A DNA stretch of 64,000 nucleotides, taken from assembly GCA_000092065.1 (NCBI GenBank), contig CP000587.1; one strand, given 5' to 3'. The position numbers and the translations under genes are program-made. Each line of letters opens with the position of its first letter. Within the stretch, counting starts at the first letter, position 1. The DNA is from Ostreococcus lucimarinus. Taxonomy: Eukaryota. Positions 19,737 to 28,786 of the stretch are shown here, piece after piece. The notes below the pieces were generated by a model. The model was not told the DNA's origin. It saw only the letters and a program-made list of their open reading frames with translations, and ran no database searches.

Positions 19737-20987
19737 TCAGTCGTACTCGCCGTTGGCCTCTAAGATCTGCTGCGACGCTAAACGAATGGCTTGTTTCTTG
19801 CTCGTCGCCTCAGCGCGAGCTTCATCGTTGCCTAAACGCACGGTGGCGACGTAACGCGCAGTTTCGTTCGTTGAGGCGGTGTTGATGCACTCTCCGACGA
19901 GGACGCCGCCCAAGGTGAGGAGATGTCCGTACGCGTTTTCCATTTTCAAATCTTTTTTCTCCTTGAGCTTGGCCGACTCTTGCGCCGGGGCGTTGTAAAT
20001 CTCGTGACCGTAGATTTCGAGCATTTCTTTCGCCGCGTTCGCCTCGGCTTCTTTTTTGCTCTTCCCGATGGCTGTCGTCTCCCGCTGCTGTTCTCTCGGC
20101 GCTTCTTTTGGCCAAACGCATCGCGCTTGGAACGCGGGCTCGTGATCGGCCGTGCCCTCGATTCGATGCGACATCGTGTGACCGTTGAGTTCGATAATCA
20201 ATCCTTTCGGGTTGGTGAATCTCCTTTGTTTTTTTCCCTCCACGACGACGTTATAAACGAACCACTTCGCCAACTGCTGCACCGCCTGAGGTCCGCCGGC
20301 CATTTGATTCACCATGTACACCGCCGCCTCGACTAGCGTTCCCGCGCTGTGTTCTTCAACCTCTCTGCCTCCTTGCACGTGTTGTGGCAGACATTCAGAC
20401 ACCAACTGCGCCATCGACGCATTACTCGCTACCTCTGAATACTGCCTCGTCGCCTCTCCCGTATCCTTGCACAGTCTGTTCCCGACGATTTCCTCCAACA
20501 ACGCCGCGCCAAATATCTTATCCCCGATCAACGCGTGCATCTCCACATCGCTCGTGCTCACGTGCTGTTGCGTCACATCTCGCAATCGCGTCGGCACGAT
20601 GTCGGCCTCGATCAACCGCGAGCTCAAATCGTGCCAAAGTTCCAACGACGGCTTTTCGCGATACGCATCCTCGCACTTTCTTTTAAACCACTGATCTCCC
20701 CCGAACACGTCCAGCTTCAGCCGCTTTTGCGACTTGGCGGACGGCCCGAGGCGCGGTGGCGGCGCACCTCCCATCAGTCGTCGACTGTCGGGGACGAGGA
20801 CGCGAGAGAAGGACGGCGGCGACGCTCGAGTGGACGCCCGAGGGCGTTGACTGCAGGCGGCGGTGACGCGGGAAAAGGCGCGCGACGGCGACGACGACGC
20901 GCGGAGGACGGTGCGTGACGGCGCGGTGCGCGCGGTGCGGTCAGTGGTCGACGTCGATCGCGTTGACGCGGCGAACGCGATGCGCAT
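19737..20987 (-). CDS. RNase III-like protein with C-terminal dsRBD (degenerate catalytic motif); probable organellar (mito-ribosomal L44/RNC1-like)
   Basis: ATG at 20987-20985. N-terminus is S/T/R-rich and presequence-like. HALIGDKIFGAALLEEIV stands in place of the ERLEFLGDA signature. C-terminal dsRBD-like ...SKKQAIRLASQQILE. Confidence 0.5.
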   Translation of the reverse strand: MRIAFAASTRSTSTTDRTARTAPSRTVLRASSSPSRAFSRVTAACSQRPRASTRASPPSFSRVLVPDSRRLMGGAPPPRLGPSAKSQKRLKLDVFGGDQWFKRKCEDAYREKPSLELWHDLSSRLIEADIVPTRLRDVTQQHVSTSDVEMHALIGDKIFGAALLEEIVGNRLCKDTGEATRQYSEVASNASMAQLVSECLPQHVQGGREVEEHSAGTLVEAAVYMVNQMAGGPQAVQQLAKWFVYNVVVEGKKQRRFTNPKGLIIELNGHTMSHRIEGTADHEPAFQARCVWPKEAPREQQRETTAIGKSKKEAEANAAKEMLEIYGHEIYNAPAQESAKLKEKKDLKMENAYGHLLTLGGVLVGECINTASTNETARYVATVRLGNDEARAEATSKKQAIRLASQQILEANGEYD

Positions 20988-21070
20988 GCGCGCGAGAGAG
21001 TGGCGACGGGAAGCCGAGAAGACGCGGCGGAGAGGCGGCGGCGACGGTTAAGAATAATGTTACACGCGCG

Positions 21071-22198
21071 TCAGCCGCCGAATCGTTCGGGGCCGTGACC
21101 GGCGAGGGTTTTGATGGCTAAACTCAACTCCTCGGCGAAGAACGGGTTGTCTTCGTCCGATTGCGCGAACTCTTCCTCGGTCCAGAGCTCTCGCAGCGCG
21201 TTCAAGCCGACGTTGACGTCGAGCAGTAGCAAGGATGGATCGTACTCCACCAGGCGAGCGACGTTGACGCGAGGAAAGGCGTCGCGAAGGGCGCGGAAGC
21301 GCTCTTTAATCTCTGGAATGTCGCGCTGAAGGAAGCTCTTGGAGTCTTGTCGCAAAATCGCGCCGACGTCGGCGCCAGGAATCATAGTCTTCAGCTGCGA
21401 CAATCGAGCCACGATGGCGCTCGAGCTCGTCAGGAGTAACTCTGGATACCCGTAAGCCATCTTTGCCGCATCCGCCGCGGACGAGCACAGACAAATTTGC
21501 TTGATTCGCTCCAGCGCTTCGCACAGCGCGCTCAACGTCGGTTCGCCGAGCATAGCCTCCACGGCTCTCGAATCCTCCTCCATTTCGCACGCGATCACCC
21601 CTCGCTCAAGATCCATCACGAGCGCCATCGTGTACTCGGCGGCCATCTGATCGAATCCCGTTCGCGTCTCCCCCCCCGCTCGCCAGAAATCCCGCACCTC
21701 TCGCTCCGCGTCCAATCGACGCGCCTTTTCGCTTCGCTTCAGCCTGCGCACCGCGTCCTCGATCGTCCGCTCGCCTCCCGGCGGTAAGCTCCCATCCTGT
21801 CGTCGATACGGTAAATCATACAAAAATTCCCCGTACGCCGCCGCGAGCGCGTCCAGCGGTCCCTTCACAAACTTTTCGCGCGTCTTTCGCGCGCCGAATG
21901 AAATCTCGCTCAGCCAATTCAACGTCGTCGCGATCCCGGGCTGGAATCCGCGCGCGCGCTCCGACATCAGCGCCGCGCGCATGGCGTCGTAGTCGTTGTC
22001 GAAATCGTCCGGGTTTTTCGGCGCCCGCGTCGCGCGGCAGCGCGCGCGTTGTCGTCGCCGACGATGCCGCTCTGGACGACCGCGCGGCGCGACGGACGCG
22101 CCGCGCGACGCGCGCGCGACGCGCGACGCGGGCGGCGACGACGTCGTCGTCGTCGACGACGACGTCGACGCGACCGGGCGCGCGCGCGCGCGCTCCAT
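21071..22198 (-). CDS. mTERF-like organellar nucleic-acid-binding protein
   Basis: The C-terminal half shows mTERF-type about 30-aa helical repeats (YPELLLTSSSAIVARLSQLKTMIPGADVGAILRQDSKSFL...VARLVEYDPSLLLLDVNVGLNALRELW). The track start at 22534 is GTG. ATGs lie at 22198 (MERARARP..., presequence-like) and 21982 (MRAALMSE). The start is not resolved. Confidence 0.4.
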   Translation of the reverse strand: MERARARPVASTSSSTTTTSSPPASRVARASRGASVAPRGRPERHRRRRQRARCRATRAPKNPDDFDNDYDAMRAALMSERARGFQPGIATTLNWLSEISFGARKTREKFVKGPLDALAAAYGEFLYDLPYRRQDGSLPPGGERTIEDAVRRLKRSEKARRLDAEREVRDFWRAGGETRTGFDQMAAEYTMALVMDLERGVIACEMEEDSRAVEAMLGEPTLSALCEALERIKQICLCSSAADAAKMAYGYPELLLTSSSAIVARLSQLKTMIPGADVGAILRQDSKSFLQRDIPEIKERFRALRDAFPRVNVARLVEYDPSLLLLDVNVGLNALRELWTEEEFAQSDEDNPFFAEELSLAIKTLAGHGPERFGG

Positions 22199-22255
22199 CG
22201 CGCCGCGCTCGACTCTGCGGCGTCGTCGTCGAATCGACACTCGCTGACGCGCGCG

Positions 22256-22834
22256 ATGGCGCGCTCGAGCGTCGACCGCGCGCTCGACCGCGTCGCGCGC
22301 GTCGCGAGTCACGTCGACGCGTCGTCCGCGACTCGCGACGACGCGCGCGACGCGCGCGCGCGCGCGATGGCGGCGTACGTCGCGGAAAACGCCGCGGGCG
22401 CGGTGGTGCACGCGAGCGACGACGCGACGCCGTGGATCGACGTCGATCAGCGCCGCATCGACGCCTTCGCGACGTGCGCGAACGATCATCAATACATACA
22501 CGCGCGCGACGCCCCGGGCGGGGCGATCGCGCACGGATTCTTGACGCTGAGCCTGCTGACGCCCGCGACGGCGGCGCGCACGACGCCCGCGTGGTCGACG
22601 CGCGCCGTCAATTACGGCCTCAATCGCGTCCGTTTCGTCCGACCCGTGCGCGCGGGCGCGCGCGTCCGCGCGCGGGCGATCAAAATCGTCGCCGCGCGCG
22701 CGTTACCCGACGCCGCGGGCGCGGAAACGGAGTATTTAGTCGAATTAGAAACCGCGCCGAGCGCGTCGTCGGCGTCCGCCGAGCGCGCCGAGCTCGCCTT
22801 GGTCGCGTCTTGGATCGTCCGTCACTACGTCTGA
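22256..22834 (+). CDS. MaoC-like (hotdog-fold) dehydratase
   Basis: NDHQYIHARDAPGGAIAHGFLTLSL matches the MaoC/(R)-hydratase N..IH.D...A..G..IAHG.LT.SL block. The track ORF from 22049 begins with an Arg-run, so ATG 22256 (MARSSV) was chosen. Confidence 0.6.
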   Translation: MARSSVDRALDRVARVASHVDASSATRDDARDARARAMAAYVAENAAGAVVHASDDATPWIDVDQRRIDAFATCANDHQYIHARDAPGGAIAHGFLTLSLLTPATAARTTPAWSTRAVNYGLNRVRFVRPVRAGARVRARAIKIVAARALPDAAGAETEYLVELETAPSASSASAERAELALVASWIVRHYV

Positions 22835-22970
22835 CGTCCCGCGCTCGCGCGTCACCGCGTAACCAAATAACCCTAGTTTAGCTCTGTTTCGTTTCGTCTT
22901 CGATCCATCGTTCGTCGCGTGCCGTTCGGCGCTCGCGTCCGCCGCGCTCGCGTCCGCCGCGGCGTCTCCA

Positions 22971-23014
22971 GATGTGACGAATGTGCCGCGGTGACGCGGC
23001 ACATTCGTCACATC
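22971..23014. repeat. Perfect inverted repeat / hairpin: 20-bp stem, 4-nt loop (gtga)
   Basis: gatgtgacgaatgtgccgcg (22971-22990) and cgcggcacattcgtcacatc (22995-23014) are exact reverse complements. Lies about 137 bp downstream of the MaoC stop. Confidence 0.9.
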
Positions 23015-23224
23015 GAAGTGCCGCGCCGCTCGCGCGCGCGGCCACGACGACGGACGCGCGCGCGCGCGTCGACGACGACGACGACTCGAACGCGCGTCTC
23101 GACGCGGCTCGCCACGCGCGCGCTCGACCGCGCGGCGACGCGCGGCGCGCGCGTTCGTAAAACGGCACGCATTCGCGAGAATTGAATTGAAATTCAAGAC
23201 GCGCTCGACGACGACGACGCGCGG

Positions 23225-24238
23225 ATGGACGCGACGCGCGCGCGCGGAGGCGCGCGGATGGACGCGTGGCGCCCGATGATGACGCTGGACGCGCGAGACG
23301 GAGGCGCGATGGGCGCGGTGAGGACGATGCGGGACGGGACGACGCGAGGGGAAGGCGAGAGAGACGCGCGCGAGGGGACGCGCGCGAGAGGAACGACGAC
23401 GACGACGACGACGACGACGAGTTTGGACGCGTTCGACGCGCGGTTAGCGCGGGCGAGGGAAAGAGCGATGCTCGCGAGGGAAGAGACGGAACGCGTGGAG
23501 AAGTGGTTGCGAGACAGCGCGGCGGCGACGCGGCGAGGGGAAGGCGCGAGAGGCGAAGGCTCGAGAGGACGGCGGTCGGACGACGACGGAGGCGTGAAGA
23601 TGGCGATGGCGAGCGAGGAGGACGTCGAGGTCGAAGAGTATGATTATGGGGTGGAAGAAGAACGCGCGATGCGCTCGTCGATGGCGACGACGTTGGTGGC
23701 GAGGGAATCGATGTCCTCGTTGTTCGTGCCGCAGCGTTCGCCGGCGAGGTCGGTGATACACAGGCCGATACCGAGGCGGCCGCTGAGCGCGAGCGTGGAG
23801 GGCACGGAGTGGACGACTTTACGAGCGAAAGCGACACGATCAGGCGACACGCGCACGAACGTGTCGATAGTGAGCGATGAAGATGGTAGGAGCGCGTTTC
23901 AATCGCTCGCCAGGGACAACCGCGCCGGGCTGGACGGACTAGGCGACATGGTGGCGAGGACGACTATTTCGAGCGGCGTGCTCGACGACGGAGGGTTGGA
24001 CGGAGGAATGAGTACGCCGCCGCGACCGCACCGATCGCCGCTACGTCCACCGGTGGCTCGTCCGAGGAATCGCACACTGAGCGAGGATTTCTCTAGTCCC
24101 GTTCGCCTGTCGTCGTCGATGGAGCTGAGACATTCCACCAGCTCGCGCATGACGTTGTTAGAATCCGTCGCACACGAGGCAGAGTACGAACGCGCGCGTA
24201 TGTCTGAAAAGTCTTACGACGATAGCGAGCCTCGGTAA
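23225..24238 (+). CDS. Hypothetical disordered protein (Asp/Arg/Thr-rich)
   Basis: ATG at 23225, a long ORF in otherwise low-complexity DNA. The C-terminal third is non-repetitive. No recognisable domain. Confidence 0.25.
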   Translation: MDATRARGGARMDAWRPMMTLDARDGGAMGAVRTMRDGTTRGEGERDAREGTRARGTTTTTTTTTSLDAFDARLARARERAMLAREETERVEKWLRDSAAATRRGEGARGEGSRGRRSDDDGGVKMAMASEEDVEVEEYDYGVEEERAMRSSMATTLVARESMSSLFVPQRSPARSVIHRPIPRRPLSASVEGTEWTTLRAKATRSGDTRTNVSIVSDEDGRSAFQSLARDNRAGLDGLGDMVARTTISSGVLDDGGLDGGMSTPPRPHRSPLRPPVARPRNRTLSEDFSSPVRLSSSMELRHSTSSRMTLLESVAHEAEYERARMSEKSYDDSEPR

Positions 24239-24315
24239 TGGTAGCGACAAAGCTTTTCCAAACTTCACAAGATTTAGTGGCCAGAAAACTAGTAAACGTA
24301 TTTAAAAGAGCCTAT

Positions 24316-25329
24316 TTAGTTCGATAACGACTTCGCAAATCGCTGCATCTCACGCATCATCCCCAAAACCTTTTCAGCCGCAGTCTTTTCCGTCGCCTCG
24401 CCATCCTCGCCCACGGGTCGAAGCGCTGCGTCGACGATATCGTCAAGTTCCTCGCCCGCCGGTCGCTGCGCGTACTCATCAATGAGCTTGAACCGTCCCG
24501 GCTCCTCTGGGTCTTCCAAGAAAAGTTTCCACGCGCTCGGATACGACTTGTACAGACTCCCATTGCACCACGGCAGAGGTCTCAAAGAGTACGTGACCGT
24601 CATCTTTCCTAAAAAGTTGTCTCTCATGCGCCGAACGTTCAATCCAACCCCGGCGTCGCCGCTCGCCAATCTCGGATTCAACAGCACCACCGGATACCCC
24701 AACTCGTTCGCTCGACCCGTGGCCTTTTGTACCTTCTCTAAAGACATCGGATCCGGCGCCGCGAACACCAAAACGCCCTCGAAATCATCCGTCACCAAAT
24801 TCCTATCGTCCACGCTCGCCACCTCAAACGCGACGTCGTCTCCCCACCGCGCTCGCAACATCGCCGCCGCGCCCGCGTCCGGGAACACCGCCTTCACCCC
24901 AGTCGCACCACTCGCGCTCAATTTCGACAAAAACTCTCGAGAGATCTCCCACACTTTCAGTTGATCACCCGATTCGCTCATCACGTTTCCGCTCATCGGG
25001 TCCCAGAGCTCTGGGATGAGCAGCTCGACGATGCTTCCCGCGACCCCACGCTGCATGGCGTCTCGCGTCGCCTTCGCCGCTTGCCCGACGGCGTCGAAGA
25101 GGTTATCCGGCAGCACCTCGTCCTCACGCGGCGCCGGCGCCGCCGCGACCGGCGCGAGCGAGCGATCGTCGTCGTCCCCGCTCGATGTGGATAAACGCGC
25201 AAACTTTTGCGCCTTCGTTCGCGTCGTCGCCGCCGCGCCGCGTCGCGAGCGCGTCCCCGGCGTCGCGCGATGCGATGCCTTGGTCAGCGTCGCGCATCGC
25301 GTCGTCGTCGTCGTCGCGCTCGAAATCAT
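24316..25329 (-). CDS. Conserved hypothetical protein with plastid-type presequence (possibly DUF1995 family)
   Basis: ATG at 25329-25327. N-terminus MISSATTTTTRCATLTKASHRATPG is transit-peptide-like. The body is non-repetitive and globular-looking. The DUF1995 assignment comes from memory of general character only. Confidence 0.45.
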   Translation of the reverse strand: MISSATTTTTRCATLTKASHRATPGTRSRRGAAATTRTKAQKFARLSTSSGDDDDRSLAPVAAAPAPREDEVLPDNLFDAVGQAAKATRDAMQRGVAGSIVELLIPELWDPMSGNVMSESGDQLKVWEISREFLSKLSASGATGVKAVFPDAGAAAMLRARWGDDVAFEVASVDDRNLVTDDFEGVLVFAAPDPMSLEKVQKATGRANELGYPVVLLNPRLASGDAGVGLNVRRMRDNFLGKMTVTYSLRPLPWCNGSLYKSYPSAWKLFLEDPEEPGRFKLIDEYAQRPAGEELDDIVDAALRPVGEDGEATEKTAAEKVLGMMREMQRFAKSLSN

Positions 25330-25361
25330 GTCGTCGTCGTCGCACTCCGAGGCGCGCTGTG

Positions 25362-26417
25362 ATGTCTGCGGTCGCGCGAAGCGCGCAGGGCACGCCGCTC
25401 GACGGCGCGCCGCTCGCGACGACGGCCGTCGTGATCGCGGTCGCGATATCTTTCGCGCTCGCGCTCGCCGCGAACGGCGATTTCGCGCGCGTGTGCGCGT
25501 CGCCGCGGTTGGCGTTTGAACATCCGCTGTCGAGCTATCATCGCGTCTGGACGTCGACGTTCTCGCACGGGAGCTTCCCGCACGCGCTGCTAAATTGTCT
25601 AGCGTTCGTTCCGATGGCGTCGGCGCTCGAGCGATCGATCGGGACGACGCACTTCGCGTGGTTATTCGCGACGTTCGCGCACGCGGCGTACGCGCTCTCG
25701 GCGAGCGCGGCGACGGCGCTTTGGATGGCGCTCGGATATCGCGCGTCGTACGAGAGCTGCGCCATAGGAATGTCTGGGGTGGTGTTCGCGCTGATCGTGT
25801 GCGAGACGAACGTGAACGACGTGGAGCGGCGAAGCGTGTTCGGGTTGTTCACAGTGTCGAGCGAGTATTACCCGATCGCTCTTCTGCTTTTCATTCAACT
25901 TTTGATGCCTGGCGTCTCTTTCATCGGTCACGCGGGTGGTATCGCGGCTGGATGGTTGTACGTTCGCGGATACTTGAACTTTTTGCTCCTGAAGGAGACG
26001 CACGTGGAGTATTTAGAGAAATTAGCGATTTGCGCGCCCGCGCGCGCCCTGGCGTCGTTCGTGCCGTCAAACGCCGATCGGGGCGCGCGGCCGAACGCGG
26101 AGGCGAGTTCGACCGCATTTCCCGCGTTTTCGACGGTTAGAGCGATCCCGACTCGTATGAGTGAGGTGACGCGCAACGCGTTCGCGGGTAATTTCCCGGG
26201 CCAAGGACGGAAACTTGGCGGCGACGGGTCCACGACGGGTGAGATGGCGAATCTCGTTCGGGTCGATCCTCGGGCGTTGGATACGTTAGTAGAGCTGGGA
26301 TTCGCAGAACACGCCGCGCGGCGAGCGTTGCAAGAATGTGACGGCGACTCGCAGCGTGCGATCGAGTTGTTGACGGAATCAGCGGCGCACGACGCGAATA
26401 GCGACGAAATAGTTTAG
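25362..26417 (+). CDS. Rhomboid-family intramembrane protease with C-terminal UBA domain (RBL15/UBAC2-like)
   Basis: Rhomboid catalytic Ser in GMSGVVFAL and His in GHAGGIAAG within multi-TM topology. C-terminal UBA-like LVELGFAEHAARRALQECDGDSQRAIELL. ATG 25362 was chosen because the earlier ATGs (25185, 25275) overlap the neighbouring gene. Confidence 0.75.
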   Translation: MSAVARSAQGTPLDGAPLATTAVVIAVAISFALALAANGDFARVCASPRLAFEHPLSSYHRVWTSTFSHGSFPHALLNCLAFVPMASALERSIGTTHFAWLFATFAHAAYALSASAATALWMALGYRASYESCAIGMSGVVFALIVCETNVNDVERRSVFGLFTVSSEYYPIALLLFIQLLMPGVSFIGHAGGIAAGWLYVRGYLNFLLLKETHVEYLEKLAICAPARALASFVPSNADRGARPNAEASSTAFPAFSTVRAIPTRMSEVTRNAFAGNFPGQGRKLGGDGSTTGEMANLVRVDPRALDTLVELGFAEHAARRALQECDGDSQRAIELLTESAAHDANSDEIV

Positions 26418-26574
26418 CTCGACGTAGAGAGTTGTATTTTTTGTATCGATATTTTGAAAATTTGCTGCTCGTATTGGTGGATTTCGAGAGTCAAAAGTGC
26501 AGACAGCAACGTATGCGTCTTAAAGTCTTGATACTGCGACCTGTTCTTGGCTCAAAAGCGCAACAGCGTCGCCC

Positions 26575-26592
26575 TTTTTTTTTCGTTTTTTT
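26575..26592 (+). terminator. T9-cg-T7 run (candidate Pol III terminator or poly-T element) in a 552-bp convergent intergenic region
   Basis: gccc ttttttttt cg ttttttt c. The intergenic space is unusually long for this compact locus. Confidence 0.3.
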
Positions 26593-26968
26593 CATGCACG
26601 TGATGGAGTCCATCACGCTAGTTTCTGGTCCGCAGTCGGCTCGCGGCGAGAGCATTCGTGATTCTCGCGGCGGCTGTGGACACCATGGTCGCGGTTGAGC
26701 GCATAGACAAAAGAAATACCGTCTCGCACCCCCCAATGGCGCCCGCCTATTGGTGCTATCGTATCGTTGCCGCGGGCCGCGTCAAAGCGTCGACGAGACG
26801 TCGCGATGAAATATCGCGACAGCTCGCTCGCGCTCGCGCGGCCCGCAGCTCGCTAAAAATGTTGTGCCTCTTCTCGTGCGCGCGCACGAGAAGACTCGCC
26901 AAAGAATTCTCATACCAAACGTATCCTCACTCACTGAGTTTGAAGTGCATACTTCATCGACGGAGCGA

Positions 26969-28786
26969 TTACGCACCTTCCTCGGCGGCAGCCTTCAGCA
27001 CAGCGAGGGCTTCTTGAACCTTGGAGGTGAGCGCGTCCGGAGACTCGATCAAGTGAAGGACCTCCGACTGGTCCATCTCGAGCAACATACCCGTGATCTT
27101 TGCGGCGTTGGCGGCGTCCTTGCTCTCAATGAGCGGGTAGAGGGCTTCACCAAGAATCATGCGCTGTTGATCCGGAGCGGCGGCGGAGAGCTGAGAAGCG
27201 AGAATAGCCATCGGGTTAGCCGCCTCCGCCGGCATCGGCGGCATCGGCATAGCCGCGGCGGCGTTGTATCGCATGTTTTGACGCTGGCCACGGCCACCGG
27301 CCGGGCCACCTCGGCCACCACGGCCACGCTGGGCGCCCGGAACGCCTTGGCGTTGCGGCATCGGCATGCCGTAACCCGGCATGCCCGGCATGCCCGGTCG
27401 CGGTCCGCCCGGCATCACCGGTTGGAAACCGAAGCCTGGTTGCGGTTGCGGCGGCATCATACCCGGAGGCGGTTGGCCGTAGTACATAGGAGCACCTGGC
27501 ACGCCCGGCGGCGGCATGTACGGAGCCATGCCACCCGGCATACCGGCGCCCGGCATGCGCTGCGCGAATTGCGCTTGGAGACGCATGCGGCGTTCTTCCT
27601 TGCGTTGCGCGAGAGCGACATAGAGCGGCTTGGCACCGACCATCTTACCGTTCATCTCCGTCACCGCGCGGGTGGCTTCGTCGGGAGAAGAGAAGGCGAC
27701 GAACGCGGAACCGCGAGAAACGCCCGAGGCGTCACGCATGACGCGGCAAGAGGTGATGGTGCCAAACTCCTTGAACAATTCGCGAAGCTTTTCATCGTCG
27801 GTGCCGTCCTCAAGATTTTTGATGTAGAGGTTGGCGCCCGCCATCTTTTCCATGCGTTCACGGCGTTCTTGGTCGAACTTGGCCTTCAATTCGGCTTCGC
27901 GCTCAGCCTTCTTTTGCGCTCGGCAGACAACCCAAGTCTTTTCATCCTCGGTGTACCCGTCGAGCTTTTCGACCGCGGCCGCCGCGCCTTCAGGTTCTTC
28001 GTAGCACACGAAGCCGAAGCCCTTAGACTTGCCTTCTTCGTCGCGCATGATGACGCAGCTCGTCACCGCGCCGTGCTCGGCAAACTTTTCACGCAACTTT
28101 TCGTCGCTCAAGTTTTCGCTCAAGTTCTTAACATAGACGTTGTTAAACTTGGCTTCGCCGGTGTTCGAGCGCTCGGCACGGCGTTGGAACGGACCGACGT
28201 ACACTTGCTTGTCGTTCAGTTCCATACCGTTGACGTTGTCAATCGCCGCCTGCGCCGCCTCTTGGGTCTCGAATTGCACGAAGCCGTAGCCCTTCGAGTT
28301 CCCTTGGCCATCCATCGCCACCTTGGCGCTCGTGATCGTCCCGAACTGCGCAAAGGTATCGAGCAACGCCTTGTTGTCGATCGCCTTATCGAGATTCTTG
28401 ATGAAGATGTTCCCCACGCCAGATCTTCGCACCGCCGGATCTCGCTGCGAGTACAACACGCGAATCGGCTTCCCGTTGATGACTTGAAAGTTCAACACAT
28501 CAATCGCGTGCGCCGCATCGTTCGGCGATTGAAAGTTCACGTACGCGTACCCGAGCGATCGTCGCGTGATCAAATCCCGGCACACCCGAATCGACACCAC
28601 CGGTCCGATGGATGAGAACTTTTCGTACAGCTGCGCCTCGGTCACCGAGGTCTCCAGGTCCCCGACGTACAGCGAGCTCGTCCCCGCCCCCGGTTGTTGC
28701 GCCGCGGGCGTCGTCCCATCCGCGTTCGCCGTCGCGTTCGACGCTTTCGCATCGTTCGTCACGTTCGTCGCCGTCGCGGCAGACAT
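26969..28786 (-). CDS. PABP: Poly(A)-binding protein (4 RRMs and PABC/MLLE domain)
   Basis: ATG at 28786-28784. Four RRM RNP1/RNP2 motif pairs (for example LYVGDL, KGYGFVQF), a Pro/Gly/Met-rich linker, and C-terminal MLLE (GEALYPLIE...KITGMLLEMD). Confidence 0.92.
   Translation of the reverse strand: MSAATATNVTNDAKASNATANADGTTPAAQQPGAGTSSLYVGDLETSVTEAQLYEKFSSIGPVVSIRVCRDLITRRSLGYAYVNFQSPNDAAHAIDVLNFQVINGKPIRVLYSQRDPAVRRSGVGNIFIKNLDKAIDNKALLDTFAQFGTITSAKVAMDGQGNSKGYGFVQFETQEAAQAAIDNVNGMELNDKQVYVGPFQRRAERSNTGEAKFNNVYVKNLSENLSDEKLREKFAEHGAVTSCVIMRDEEGKSKGFGFVCYEEPEGAAAAVEKLDGYTEDEKTWVVCRAQKKAEREAELKAKFDQERRERMEKMAGANLYIKNLEDGTDDEKLRELFKEFGTITSCRVMRDASGVSRGSAFVAFSSPDEATRAVTEMNGKMVGAKPLYVALAQRKEERRMRLQAQFAQRMPGAGMPGGMAPYMPPPGVPGAPMYYGQPPPGMMPPQPQPGFGFQPVMPGGPRPGMPGMPGYGMPMPQRQGVPGAQRGRGGRGGPAGGRGQRQNMRYNAAAAMPMPPMPAEAANPMAILASQLSAAAPDQQRMILGEALYPLIESKDAANAAKITGMLLEMDQSEVLHLIESPDALTSKVQEALAVLKAAAEEGA

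Noticed and set aside
21898-22881. 327-aa plus ORF spanning the mTERF/MaoC junction in a third frame
   Set aside because: Arg/Ala/Ser low-complexity sequence, inconsistent with the MaoC frame that carries the hotdog-fold motif.
22878-23837. 319-aa minus ORF in the low-complexity region after MaoC
   Set aside because: Pure S/P/R/A low-complexity sequence generated by GC-rich repeats, with no domain. It overlaps the more plausible plus-strand ORF 23225-24238 and the hairpin.
26596-26614. 19-nt palindrome cgtgatggaGtccatcacg containing a cacgtg E/G-box
   Set aside because: Too short to stand alone as a feature. It is folded into the small-RNA/T-run finding rather than reported separately.
26864-28615. 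583-aa plus-strand ORF opposite the poly(A)-binding protein gene
   Set aside because: Antisense shadow ORF. His/Arg-rich low-complexity translation typical of the reverse strand of a GC3-rich gene. PABP on the minus strand has unambiguous RRM and MLLE motifs.
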